The notes beneath the pieces were generated by a model. That model was not told where the DNA came from. It saw only the letters and a list, made by a program, of their open reading frames with translations, and made no database searches. Positions 14,366 to 27,999 of a DNA stretch of 64,000 nt are shown one piece after another. Where the stretch lies: assembly GCA_030141605.1 (NCBI GenBank), contig JAQGDQ010000305.1, positions 62,001 through 126,000 on the forward strand. Direction: 5' to 3'. Made by a program: the position numbers and the translations under genes. Within the stretch, counting starts at the first letter, position 1. Each line of letters opens with the position of its first letter. Source of the stretch: Tubiluchus corallicola (taxonomy: Eukaryota > Animalia > Priapulida).

Positions 14366-14860
14366 TGCGGGTGGGGTAAAGATAACAAACAATCTAGAAC
14401 AAATTGCAATAGAATAGTTCTCTTCAGATTCTGTTAGAATGTGGTCTCAAGTGCCCCCACAAAAAATCGGCTTTGGTAATTTGATAATACAAAAAATCAA
14501 TTTCAGTGACCCATTTTGAAAAACAATGAAGCAGGGATGTTCTTAATTACGTCATAATAGTATTTGACGTCATCATGACGTCATAGATTTAAAACGACAA
14601 AATTTTTTGAGTCCTCTGGTGCATTTTCCTGTCGGTCAATAATACACATTTTTCATCTAGGTGCGATGGTTTAGGATATATACCTGATTTTTGGCCACAG
14701 CAGGTGCCACATTGAATTTATGCATATATCTCAAAAGTACAAAAGCCGATTTTTTCTTGTGAGGTACCTGAAACCATCTTCTAACAAAATGTGAAGAGAA
14801 AAACTCCATTGCAATTTGTTCTAGGTACCCCTTACTTGAGGCTATCTTTACCCACTTACA
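14366..14860. mobile_element. MITE with long imperfect TIRs (about 110 bp)
   Basis: gtggggtaaagata...ctagaacaaattgcaat...aaaaaatcggcttt is inverted at 14742-14856. Confidence 0.85.
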
Positions 14861-15149
14861 TTCGACGATTATTATTTACAAACAGTCTATCGTTCCACAT
14901 CTTAAAATAACCAGATTGTATGATTCGTATAGAATTGACAACAGTTATTAGATGTTAGCAGGATATACGCAAGAGGGTTAAAATTTTAATACACGTAATT
15001 ACTCAAATGTCAACATCATACTGGACTTTAATAAAAAGAATGATAGCAATTTATTTATTCCATAGTTTTATATTTGGTCGGTTATATTTTTCAGATTCCA
15101 TAAGAAAACGCCAGTTTACGTGGAGGGAGAAAAAGAATCGCCAACAGCC

Positions 15150-15227
15150 ATGCCAGAACCAGGAGATCCAGAGATGAGGACAGAGCTGGAAGATTTGCAG
15201 ATGAAGATGAACTCTGCTACAGACGAG
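15150..15227 (+). CDS. SNAP25: SNAP-25 first coding exon (MPEPGDPEMRTELEDLQMKMNSATDE); exon begins about 15095 with 5'UTR
   Basis: Acceptor tttttcag ends at 15094; Kozak-like ACAGCCATG; phase-0 donor GAG|gtaaga. The peptide resembles the SNAP-25 N-terminus (MRNELEEMQ...ADE). Confidence 0.92.
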
Positions 15228-16837
15228 GTAAGAGAATAGTCATGTAGGTAACAAGGTAATGTGAGCAATGGACTCCATGATTTGTCATTCTATTGTTTAA
15301 CCATGGCTTATTCCATCACTCTGCCCATATTCATTCTTTCCTTCTTCATCTCAGCTTCTCTCTTTCTCTCTCTCTCTTTCTTTCTCTCTCTTCCTCTCTC
15401 TTTCTCTCTCTGTCTCCCTCAGCCTTCTTTTTTGTTCCCTTCTATCACCTCTTTGTCTGATTTCTCTCTGTAAGCATGTATCTCTCTTTTTTCTTCTCTG
15501 TCTTTATTTCTCTGCCTTGTTCGTTCTGTTTCTATCTTTTTTCCTGTTTCTCAGTGTTTCACTTGTAGTCATTGTTATAATGCACGTTCTATAAGCTCAA
15601 AGCGGTCTATAACATCTCCATGCGCTAGATATTTTGCTACCTTCGTGATTCTTGTGCTAGAATTAATAATTGCTGCTAAATATGTCTCGGATTTTGGCGT
15701 AATATGTTGGGAATGTGAATATGGTCTGTATAGCAAGATCACTAAATTGTCTACTAACAACATTAATTAACAATGAACAATATTGTCTTATAATTTATAA
15801 TTTGTTAGGTGAAAATAGCTACAAAAGTATACAGTTATTAATTACAAAGTACCTGCCAAAACAAATATAAGTACAAGATGATACGTAGCAGGTTACAAAA
15901 CAAAAAACATCAAACTCTGATGTATATCATTAACTCAACTTCACATACACGTACAACGCACTAAAATTGATAACAAAGTTAATGAAATTATACACCTGAA
16001 AAAATATAAGCAATGCATTGTTTACATCTGGTGTAAGTGTTGTGAGAGTTCTATTATATAGCTACAGGTAATTCGAGAACACATTCGATTCCTGTCTGTC
16101 TTTATTCTAATACTCATTTGTATGTATTTTCTTTTTGCGATTTATCCTCATGTGTGTTTGTTATGTATTATAGTGAATTGTGTTAATGCTGAAGTCGTTG
16201 ATGATGGTAAAGCTTTCAAATCAAATCTCTCTCTTTCTTCCTTCCTCGCTCTCTTGCTTTTAACGTACTTGTCTGCACAAACTCTGAGGTTATACACTTT
16301 CTGTAGGAAATTTTCTCCTTTCTTGGTCTAATGCCACTGTTGCACCTCACACAGTGTCAGTAAGAATCGTACAACTCTGAGCAAAGCACGTATTTACATT
16401 CGTGATTTTCGTGTTAGCCAAGCTGGCCATTTGAACATTTTGCAAAATTTCGGATTTGAAAAGGAACGCTCGATTCTACACAAGCTTGCTGTCCGTTCAA
16501 CAAAAATCAATGGCAATAATTTTTACTCGTGCTGTAGCATGCAATCATGCATTCTGACAATAATCGCATTGTTCCTTGTTAATTTTGCCTTTTATATGCT
16601 ATAGTATGAATCGTTTCAAATTGCTGTTATAGTCAATATTATCACCTTGAATGCTATGCGTTATTCTTGCTCATTTTGTGTGGTACTATCATACCAGCCA
16701 ACCTTTTAGCTGATCAATCTCTGACTTTTCGTTATTAATTGAACAAAAATGTCTCATATGACATTAACTGTTATAACGTAGACGCAAAGGAAACAAAACC
16801 AGCAATAAAGTCATTAAAAAAAACTTAACCCAATATC

Positions 16838-17085
16838 AAACTGAAGGTAAAAAACCCACTCTTTAAAATATTGAAAGGAAACATACTATTTTTAAAGAAT
16901 GACTTGTGTCATAGAATTATTAACACACAAACACAATTTCACGTTCGCGCCACTAGTTCTTCGCTGTTACATGCATTTCGCCATTCGCTAGTTAGACAGG
17001 CACTAGCGCCTGCATTTGCTGTACCTCTCAGTTCAGCTGTGTTAGTTTGTGACGAACTACACACGTTCTACAGTTCATATTAATG
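16838..17085 (+). mobile_element. Dispersed repeat family A, copy 1
   Basis: Shares cgttcgcgccactagttcttcgctgttacatgcatttcgccattcgctagttaga with the copies at 32270 and 50912. Confidence 0.85.
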
Positions 17086-19339
17086 TAATTAAAACTAATT
17101 AAGTGAAAGTTAGTTACCACAACTTCATCAGTGTCTCAGTTATTTTGCTTACTTTACTTTACTGTTTGAATTTCGATGTAGTTAATAAATTCAAAATTAC
17201 TTACAGAAAGCTGCAAAAAGCCTACTTGAGGTATGATCTAACGATCTTAGCTATACTAGATTAAGCCTAAGGCACTAGGATTTGGGTTTGAGGAGGAGAA
17301 ATTTATGGTTAAAGAGGGGGCCAGAGCAATGCACTGTACACTGTACAGGCGGCTTATTGTACTAGGCCTAAAAGTGCTAGGCCAAGTTCATGTGACGCTT
17401 TCTTTCTCTTTCGTTTTAATGTCGTAGCATTTCGTTATGTACAGAAACTTTTAGATGAATTGAAATCCTGGGCAATAACTACAGGCTAGACGTTTCGTAT
17501 ACAGAAGAACTTCTTATTCCTTCCACTACAACACGGCTCTTGTTGTATAACTCACATGATGTTTTGTTGCCATTGCAGCAAGACGCTTGTTATATAACGC
17601 ACATTATGTTGTGTACCCTCTTTACTATGCGCTCCGCGCATAGAGTAAAGCATGGCTTCACCATTGGGATTTACGAAAGATTAATTTGTTTGTCGTCTGG
17701 TGCTGAAACCACTCCACGTAATCCTGCAGTCGGCAGTCGACACGTCAAGAAATAAGAAAATTATTGATCGAGAGCGAAAGTTTTCGATTGGTTTCGAGCT
17801 CATTGAGATCGAATCAAATTGTGCTGCAGATGTTTTAAGAGTTAGAAAAGGAAAAAATGTTTTTGCATTGACAATGACAGAGAAAATTTTCATAAATTTC
17901 TATGAGCATGGTTATTGGCTAATACGGCGTGGTGACGATGACGATGATAGTAGCGGCGAGAGCAACTACTTACGATTTTTTAAGCGATGGCAAAAAAAAC
18001 TCCCTCTCCCCAGATTTTTATAGTCAGTCGCTCAGCACGAAAACCCCCGAGAGCTTTTGCTACATCACACAATGCCACATATTTTGGGTGCCTTTTATGC
18101 GCGGTAATGATTTAGCGCCTTCTACATTTCCCTGATACTTCTTTAAAATGCTTTTAATAATATGAGTCAGACACAAAGAAACATGCTTCATTTTTAAGAC
18201 GACGCCTTCGACCCAAGATATTACTATTAGTATTTATTTTATTTCAGATGTTTAAAGTCCAAAAAAAACCTAAGTTAAAAACGCACAAAGTTAGTTTCTA
18301 TAGTCTCTATTTAGTTTACACTATCACAGAAATACTAAGATAATGTGACTAAATTTGTGACCTTTTGCTTCTTTCTGTAAAGGTTATCAGTCAGCAAAAT
18401 GACAACTCACTGTCACACTGCCATTTGAAGTTTGTCTTTCTGTGAGGATTTTTCGGTGATATTTGATTTTATTTGTAGCTCACATTACTCGCATCGAAAG
18501 TGGTGCAGACAAGCAATCGACATAGAATTTGCGGGGACTAACTGCAATGTTGTATTTACTTTTTTTAATACAGATTTTGTTTATCCTTGAATTCTACTAG
18601 CCCAATATCTCTACAGACAGACTTAATGAGCACTTGATCAAAACTGTTTTCTAGAATCAGAATTCGTGCTTACGATGATTTTTTATAGCGACTTTATCGT
18701 TGAGACTGCAATATGCCCACTAAGTACCACTTATCCAAGTCTAACGACAGATTTACTTCAAAGATAAAAGTAGTGCAAATTCAAACGCAGCTATTTCTTT
18801 TTCTTCTTGTATTATCGTAATTGCTGTCCTGTCGATGACACAACTAGAGATAGTAATCGTGTTTTAATTACCAAAAGCACCTATGAAACATCAATAATTA
18901 ACTACATGGCATCAATACTCTAACCGCAGCTTAATTGTAATTACCTGAAGCTAGAAAAGTCGAACTCTCTTGATGCTAATCAATCTTCCAAGTTGTTGAC
19001 TTCCAGTGATGCTTAGTAGCTGAGTCTGAGCAACGTTTATTAGGCCCGTAGATGCTTATTATTTGGTTAAACTAATGTCGAAATAATTGTACAAGAAATT
19101 CTTTATTTTTCTAAAACAATTTTTGTATTCCTGAGAAAATAAAGAATTTTTTAAGACTTGACGAACATTTTGACTTCTTTTACGGTTATGACCATGGCAA
19201 GTCTCAGAAGAGTACTATCTCATTTTTAAGCTAATTGCATAGCTCTTTTTAATTGGTGCAGCTGCAGGTGCTATTCGCTGTCAGGAATAAAATATGTTAA
19301 AAAATTCAGTTTTCTATGACCGGATCCGCTTTGTCTTTC

Positions 19340-19624
19340 TTGTTACTCTAACTCGATGCTGCCATCTGTTGGTTGGTATTTTAAGCAACTGAAATAATAT
19401 GATTAACCCGTTTATTAAATAGGTCAAAACAATCAAGTACACGCGTTTAATTAGAAAATGAACGTATAATGTGGTGATAATTTATATGCCAAATTGATCA
19501 CTTTATTTTGTTTGGTAAAATAAACTCACTCGCCGCGGATGACTTTCGGATTAGTTTTGTCAGTTCGGCGTTATAGTGTGTGTTTTGAGCAATAGATGGC
19601 GGCAGCTGCTCGATTGAGGGTTAA
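19340..19624. mobile_element. Degenerate piggyBac-like MITE
   Basis: Inverted gctgccatctgttg and caatagatggcggcagc; right end gagggTTAA. Confidence 0.45.
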
Positions 19625-20896
19625 TGTAGAAGAACCCGTCATGGAAGCCATTTAGTGAAAACCATTTCAGGTCTGCAAGATGGCGCTTTAAACTGTGTTT
19701 TGGCTGTGTAAATAAAAGCTTATATAACAACTAATGAAATTATGAAATTCCCATTGACCATCGAGATGCTAAGTTTTACTGTTAAATAGTACACCTTACC
19801 AAATATATATACATTTGATAAATGCAACGAACAAGTCGTCTGGATGATAATTATTTAATAATATTTAATGGGACAGGACCAACAGGGATTAAGTAATTCC
19901 GGTAATGGGAAAAGAAAGAATGTAATCACTGTTTTACATATCCCGTCTTTTAATCCATTTGAATGCCGAATTTAATAGAAATAGACTGCTTGTGGGTGTT
20001 TGGACTATAGTTAATATGAAAATGAGATCAGCTTCAATGGCTGTTCATTGGTCAGCGAAAACTTTGTATAGTAGACATTTGAACAGTGAAGTTACTTCCC
20101 TGCTTCAAGGAGTACTTTCGGGGATAACACTTGAAAATTTCGGAGTATTACTTCTCTACCATTTCTTCGTGAAATTGAATGCGGTGTCAACGCGGGGGTA
20201 TATGCGCTTGGTATGCGGTGTCAACGCGGGGGTGTATGTGGCTTGGTATGCGGTGTTAATGCAGTAGTTTACGCATTAACTACTGCATTTACTACGCCCT
20301 TGGCATGCATTCGTTGACATTGCTTGGTATGCGATGTCAACGAATGCATGCCAAGGGCGTAACGAAGCTAGTAACTACATAAACATTAGAGCATTTTCAT
20401 AGTATGCTAATATTCATACCCGCATCGAGGGACAGGTGCAACTGGCACGGTACGGCTAAGGTGTCTTTTACACTGAGCTAAGAAACTGCAGTCTGACGGG
20501 TAACTGTTATAATAATACAAGGAGTATTCATGGTTTAAAGTGTTTAGGCATTTAATTAAAATATAACGATAAACGTCCGTGAGAGAAGTTTTTTCAAGAA
20601 AATTTTCCTTTATAAATTATTAAGATAGGTAATAAAATATTTTAGTTGGCGCAGTTTGTCAGATATGAAGAATTGTGCCGTATTTACCGTAGATAATAAA
20701 TAAACTTCGGCGTTCTCGTCAAAGCTAGATAGCTTTTAGTTTCTCTGAAGTTAGAATTGAAAATAAAAATAAAAATCCGCAGTGTCCAAATGACCAATAT
20801 AACTGAATTATCTTGTGTCCAAACTGCCCATGTGTCCTGAAGAATCAGCGTTGAAATTTCTTACTTGCTCAAGTCAGCCAGGTGTCCAAATTGGCT

Positions 20897-21872
20897 GAAG
20901 GTCAAAGGACCACCAGTCAAAGGATAACAGTTTCAAGGCCTGCCAAACAAAGGACCACTCGTCATGGGACTATCACGGACAAGGTACCACCAATAAAAAC
21001 ACCATCAGATAAAGGACCACTGCTCAAAGATTCAGCTGAAAAGACAAAGGACCACGTTAAAAATTAGCAGACCAGGCAAGTGTCAACCAAAGAATCAAGT
21101 GAGATAGCTTGTGATTTGTGTAAAGATAGTTATCGCTGTTATTTGCAGAGCTAAACTGTAAAGTTTTACATTTTTATTTTTAGTACCTTCTACACGATAG
21201 GCCAAAATACTATTTTTATGCATTAAATAATTCGATGGTGCTATAGACTAAAAAAATAAAATTTATATATTTAAAAACTTCTAAAGCGTAAAAAATAGTT
21301 TGACCTTATTGTGTTTAACAAAACAGTTTGGAAATAGTATATTGATGTGTAATTCATAACGTCTGATTTCAATTTTATTACAAATTTATTTTGAATAAAA
21401 ATTCATTACAAAAATTTTCATTTGTTTATTTATTTCTTTTTGAACAAATAAGTAAATAAATAATATTCAATACAAAAATTTTCATTTGTTAGGATCTATC
21501 TTTGCAGCAAGCATATCTATAACAGAGTTTTCTACCTTGCAGTCTATCTGTTCCCTAACAATTTCATGGTTGAAATGAGAATGACGTGATCCATGAGAAA
21601 TTGTCAGACACATTTTATTAAATAAAATATTAATGGCAAGTTAAAGCAAAAATCACACTACAGCTGCTGTCAGCACATCCACTGGTTATTTTTTGACCGG
21701 TGGTCCTTAGTTTACCCCCTGACATTTAGTTCTTTTACCACATTTAAAGTGCTAAAGGTGGTACTTTGACTGGTGGTTCCTTGTCCGTCATGTCCCTTGA
21801 TCGGTAGACTTTTGCTTGGTGGTTTTTTGACCTGTGGTCCTTTGACCATCCTTTGACCGTCCTTTGACCGTC
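20897..21872. mobile_element. MITE with aaggaccac / gtggtcctt subterminal arrays, apparently nested in a tgtccaaa-repeat element
   Basis: Tandem aaggaccac motifs at 20900-21055 are inverted as gtggtcctt at 21700-21870; tgtccaaa motifs lie on both flanks. Confidence 0.75.
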
Positions 21873-22894
21873 AAAATTAACTATGTATTGAAAACAGTAA
21901 GTCCACAAATAGTGTCCAAATGTTCTGTGAAAAAACGTCTTGTGTTCAAATGTTTGTGTTAAAGCATCTGCACACCACTACCCAAATATCCATTCCCAAT
22001 TATAATCTGCCGCACAAATGTTATCCATCCGAATCATCACTGGCCAGTTCCTTGTCGAAGTGTCCTGTTTTTTGCGAAATGAAAAAAAACTTTCCTACTT
22101 AAACGTGACGCTATCTATTCACTTAATGCAAAGCATAAAATTGTGAAGCTGTTATTAAGATTTGGAAAGCAGATACGTTTTATATGCAAATTTTAATGTG
22201 ACTATTTGCAGTTAAAGATTCGCATGTTATCCAGGAAAGATGACAACATTATGCAACGCAGTTACCAGTAGCAAAATGCTGCATAGCTGCGCTGTTTTAT
22301 TTGCTCATTTTGTAAATTTTTCAGTAAGCGTAGACAGTTTAACCAAGAGGAAAGTTTTCCTTGTATGAAAACCGACGCTTCAGTACACGGTCGCCCAAAA
22401 AATCGATGTTTAGTCTCACTGTGCGAAGCTTCAGAATCTAATAAAATGATTAGAGAACATGCTGGAGGACGTTATAATGCATTGCAGGGAAGTTTGCGCG
22501 ACTCGTGGGATTCTAGTCTATTTCACTAAACTATGGAGACCATGATTTTATATAACAAAATTTCATTAGCTGGTCGTGGGTTTAAGTAGAAATGACAATA
22601 AAGATGGCTAAGCAGTTAAATGGTTTAGTTTAACCTGAGAGGCACTGTATCGTCTCTAGTTACTGCCAGTTAACAGTCCGTAAATGCTCTTGTATTTTGC
22701 ATTTTTAAAACATTTCAGCTATTTACATTTCTACATTCTTTTCGGCAACGTCTAACGAAAAATAAATACTTTAGTTGAAACGAGGATGACAGACTTTTCG
22801 ATATGTACATTTCGTTTTAGATCTTCTTTTGTAAATAATAATAACTTTCATTTTTGCTTAGAGAAAAGGATAATTCGAAAGGAAGAGAGAAAGA

Positions 22895-22951
22895 TAAAGA
22901 GAGAGAGAGAGGGGGGGAAGAGAGAGAGAGAGAGGAAAGAGAGAGAGAGAG

Positions 22952-23015
<64 letters not shown>
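22895..23015. repeat. (GA)n microsatellite
   Basis: Seen directly in the sequence. Confidence 0.97.
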
Positions 23016-25939
23016 TATGATGTAGAATAGCAGAGCAACGTGTGTACAGAGTAGGGTAGTGCAGTATAGCAGCCTACAGTGTTGTATAGAATAATTGAAA
23101 ACTTTTCAATATAAATTGCTTGTACGCCGAAACCAAAATTGATAAATAATAGTTACTGAAAAAGTTTAAGAAATAACCATAATCAATTTTGCTCCTAGGC
23201 GGCGTTATAGGCTCTATCTAATTAGAGTACCAATATATCTACTGCGTAAATACAGAGGTACCCTATACCTAATTTATATACGGCTACGCAATAACGTGAA
23301 AAGTCCAACTATATAATCAGGAGATATGCATGAGAGCTCATTTTGCAATAATTATTCAGTTAGATGACTTTTCTCTTGTTGAGATAATCGTGGTACAATC
23401 GTGATATAAGCGTTCAGCTAATGGCTTTGAATCTACGTTAAATGCTGCATTTCCATGCAGTTGGGAAATTATCGCTGTCATGTTATGGTTGATTTTATGA
23501 CATCATTATACCAAACCATCACCATTGCAGTGGAGACAGTTACATCCGGGATAGAAGATATCTCTCGGATGTTAAAAACTAGGATAACTATTATTGACTA
23601 AGTTGTCTTAGGCTTTCCGAGGACCAGTGTTTTTAATTTGCAAATCTGCGGGTACTTTTGCTAAATAAATGGCTTCTTCCCTAGAGACATTTGGCTGATT
23701 AATTATAACCCGAATTATAAGTTTTTCAGCGTCTGTATGAGAAACTTCTGCTAATCTTTTAATTCTCAGTTTGAAGTTCTGCAGTATTGCTTCTGAGTTT
23801 GAAACCCTCTCATCTCTTGCTTTTGAGTGTCCCTCTTCCTGCTTCTGTGTTGGAACTTCTGGCTTCCCAACTCTCTTGCTTATGCTTGAAATTCCGTCTT
23901 TCTCTTGTGTTTGAACTCTTCCACTCTGCTGCTTTTAAGTAGATTTAAAGTTTAAAATTTGCTATAGATTGAGTTAATATCTTGTCTGTTTATCTTTATA
24001 TACGCCTGGTAGGCGAGGGGATAGGGAAGTCTACTATTTTTGCGAAATAAAGGTTATGGATTTCTGGTATTTATTTCTATTGAACCCACATCATAACAAC
24101 ACTCATCCCAGTTTCTTATTTCTGTGTTTGAAACGTATTTAGAATTTGGAACTTCATTAACATCCTTGCATGTTTCTGTTGCATGTTGCTGGTCATCGCT
24201 CTATACTGTATAACAAACAAAAAAGAACTGCACGTTTTTTATCGATTTTCGTGAAGATGGTCGCCCCAAAAGCAAGAATAAGGCTTACAATGGTAACGCT
24301 CTTCACCTCCCAGTACTACTAGGTTTCTACTTGGCACAGAGCCAATAGGCTTTTACTGCAGCCAAAATGCAAATATGAACAGTCTTCGAGCAAACCAAAC
24401 GTTCGCTGTCATTTCTGTGATTTGTGTTAATCGCATTCATAGTGCACAGAGTCTATCATTTAATAATCGACCCACTGACCCAAACCAGACATGTGACTTC
24501 TGGTAGTAAAATGCAGAAAAAGAGAAACGCACCACAGGCTGAGATGACTTCTGCAAACAGGGTTGATTAATAAATCGAATTTTGGTATTTTTATTTTCTT
24601 CATCATGTCACATCACAACAAATAAGGATGGAAGATTCTGATATGCGATAATGTCAACGTCAATGCGGTTTATTTGTTCTCTCTCTCTCTCTCTTTCTCT
24701 TTCTTTTCTCTCTCTTTTTCTTTTTTCTCTCTTTGTCTTTCTCTCTTTCTCTCCCTTTCTCCTGTTCTCTTTCTCTCTCTCCCCTCACTCTCTCTTACGT
24801 GGTTATCATTATTACATTTACCTTCTGGAAACTGCCGTGTACGTTTTACCTAGAATGGCAATGAATAATTCATAACGTATCTCCAATAACGTGATACATT
24901 GGTCTCTAGATACAATGCAAAAAAAGCAAGGCTATAAATGGGGATTATGGTAATTGATAATTCATTACGTTTTCGGAGTCTTCTTTAATTAAAGTTGGAA
25001 TAAACACAACGGCTCCGCAGCAGATAAACGAAAGTCGAAAATTTGCATGATAACAGCAAACTTTCACTGACAGAATTTTTCGAAAAGCCGGATTTCTGCT
25101 AATTTGTTCAGCAAATTCAGATTTTTGTTAGATTAATAGCCTATCTGAGACCGTTTCACTTGCCTCTGAGACGAAATCCCAACTATAATTTTGAACAAAT
25201 AAGAATTTCTCGTCAGAATCGCACAGTAATCCCCTTTTCGCTTCCATTCACTCTGTCTGCTGCAATAAGCGGAAATCGTACGTTATGGTATCCGTGCAGC
25301 TTAACCCAGTGCTATAGCAATTAGTGTCAACTATGTCAGCAAACAGACTTATATATGCTAAGGGCTAGGCTAAGCCAGAAAGGGTGGCGCAGTCAAACAG
25401 AATGCATTTGTTTTGCATAATAATGTGGGCAGAAGGAAATTTTGAAAGCCTCTCTTATTTACCATAGATCCATCGCTGCCTTGTTTCAAGTGAGAAGTTT
25501 AGTGTTCGCGTACTTTAAAAAATTAAGATAGTGCCAGCTAACGAACGCAGCAAGGTGTCAGTTAAAATATCATTCTCATGAATAATTGTCGTTTTTAGCT
25601 AACAGATATAGCCGCGATAGATGTAGTGGCCTGGTGGAGGGTGACAGTTCTATTGGTGGAAATAACGCGGTAACAAATACTGGGTCGAATGCTGCTTGTG
25701 TAAGATTCTATTTTAGTCACTGTTCTTTAGCGACTAAAGTTAAGCAACGGCGAGCCTGGCCACAATGGACTGTGGTTGCCGGGTTCCGTACTCGCTCACC
25801 GAGGGTTTTGTTTTCTTGGTCACCTTTACTGTTTACCTCCTCCTTAAGGATGTATTCACAATAAAGCGTGGCTAAGACCCCGCCATTAGAGCGTTAGGTT
25901 CCGATCTCGCCATTATAATCCACATTCAATATTCTTTAA

Positions 25940-26155
25940 GTTAGTAAGTTAAGTAAGTAAATAAGGCAAGTAAGTACGTAAGTAAGCAAGTGAGTGAGTG
26001 AGTGAGTGAGTGAGTGAGTGAGTGAGTGAGTGAGTGAGTGAGTGAGTGAGTGAGTGAGTGAGTGAGTGAGTGAGTGAGTGAGTGAGTGAGTGAGTGAGTG
26101 AGTGAGTGAGTGAGTGAGTGAGTGAGTAAGTGAGTAAGTAAGTAAGCAAGCAAGC
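25940..26155. repeat. (GAGT)n tetranucleotide microsatellite with TAAG/CAAG flanks
   Basis: Seen directly in the sequence. Confidence 0.97.
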
Positions 26156-27202
26156 ATTTCAGATATAAGCTGGACCTTTTCATTTCTCCTCTTCTGAGTG
26201 CGCCCCTATTGTGGCGCATGCAATGAAGCCACTTTTATTGAAGCCATCAGCTGAAGCATTGGTATCAGCAGCCAGCCAGCGCTTCGTAATATTTGCGCTT
26301 CTCTCTCCTCGGCGGCTGTGTTGTAGGAGACAATTTATTGTTCGCCATAACGGGCTTCATAAGCCAAAAGGTTACGCAATAATAATTTAAATGGTTGCGT
26401 GACAAGTTACAATAAGCCGTTGTTCCGTGTTGTTGTGGACCATTCAACCGCTTACATTTGTAAACGTTGCAACCTTGCTGTGCAATTTTTTGAACGAAAA
26501 AGCCTTCATAATAGCAATGTGTCAAGAAGAGATCATTTACCTAATGCAATGGCATATATTTCAGTTCATCTCGGGTGAAATTAAAATAGCGGATGACAAA
26601 AAGGCCTATCGATTTCAACCTGCTTAAAAAACTCAATTGTTTTATCATTGATGTTCGCAGCAGTCTGACTTTTCCGCACGCAAGTAAATTGTGACGACGC
26701 AATGCTCGGAGATTTAGGTTGATAAACTCAAGCTGCGTTCAGTAGTACCTCAGCGGTTAGAATCTCATAAATTCTTCATGGGAATGTCATAAAATATAGA
26801 TGCAATCTATTGGCAATACCGCGCTACTGATATGTAAACATTGGTGTGGATTGTTTGGACTTCTAGGGATCCAATGTTCTGTTTGAGAAGAAGAACTGAT
26901 GAGCAAAGTGTTTTCGTCTATTGTTATTCTATTGGTAAAAATAATTGTTACTGACATTATTGAAAAATAAACAGTAACTGTTTCAAAGAAAACGTGTTCA
27001 ACGAACAAATAATAACAATTGTGTCATTATAATAAAAAAAAGTGCGTGGGAAAGTTCAGTAAGTAAACTGTGTCACTAGCAGCGTCAAAAGCCAATAATG
27101 TGTGACATCATGGAAGGATCTTAAAAGATCAGAAGCTAATAACATTTTTGTAACTAACTGTTTGCGGATTGAAGTGTATAAGCCTTGTGTAATAGTTCAA
27201 AT

Positions 27203-27385
27203 ATGAGCACAGTTGCACAAAACGGTTCAGTGCCACAGGAGCCCGTGGGAAGAGAGTCATCCGCGAAGCGGAAAAAGAAGCGACCCTCTAAAGGATCAGT
27301 ATCAAACGGAAGTGCTAAAGAAGCGGAACCTCCCGCACCCAAACTAACAGGAATTGCACTGGAAATTCACGAAGGCACCGTATCG
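27203..27385 (+). CDS. SNAP25: Candidate alternative first coding exon of SNAP-25 (61 aa, polybasic KRKKKR)
   Basis: ATG with A at -3; upstream in-frame stop; phase-0 donor TCG|gtaggc; the last 16 aa share the hydrophobic register of canonical exon 1. Confidence 0.6.
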
Positions 27386-27531
27386 GTAGGCTCCGTTTAG
27401 TAATCTCATTCATTCCATTGGCTGATTTTTGTCTACTTAAAGTATACAGTTGAGGCGGGAATGTAATTAATCGCATTGCATCATTCTTAGTTTGTCCATC
27501 GATTAACAGTTACTTCTTGGGTTATAGTAAT

Positions 27532-27684
27532 AGCTTATTTCGTTCATCTTTGAAACACAGCTTCTGTATTTCGCTCATCTTTGAAACACAGCTTCTGTGT
27601 TTCGCTCATCTTTGACATACAGCTTCTGTGTTTCGCTCATCTTTGACATACAGCTTATGTTTTTCGTTCATCTTTGAAACAGCT
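27532..27684. repeat. 31-bp tandem repeat, 5 copies
   Basis: catctttga recurs at 27545, 27576, 27607, 27638 and 27669. Confidence 0.95.
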
Positions 27685-27999
27685 CATTATTAAGAGTAAC
27701 CATTGAACCGGAAGCGGTGCCCCAGCCACTCTCAGATCCTCCCTCAATGAGTGATGACGCAAACACTTTGGTCTAATAAAATTGGCAATAATTAATTACT
27801 TTTTGCCATCAACACTTATCCTATTTATTGCGTCATCGACTTGCTCACCGGTTTTATTAAATATCCTTTCACGATGGCATTCTGCGCTTAGCTTTAATTA
27901 GCCAAATTTCTGCATATTGTTTTCTCTGATCATAACTTTTTTTGGGTAAAAGTCAAATCACCAATCACACAGTGATTTGTCAACTTAATATTGTTGTCA

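Noticed and set aside
17700-18023. 107-aa ORF
   Set aside because: No recognisable domain, non-ATG start, and no convincing splice sites in a compatible phase.
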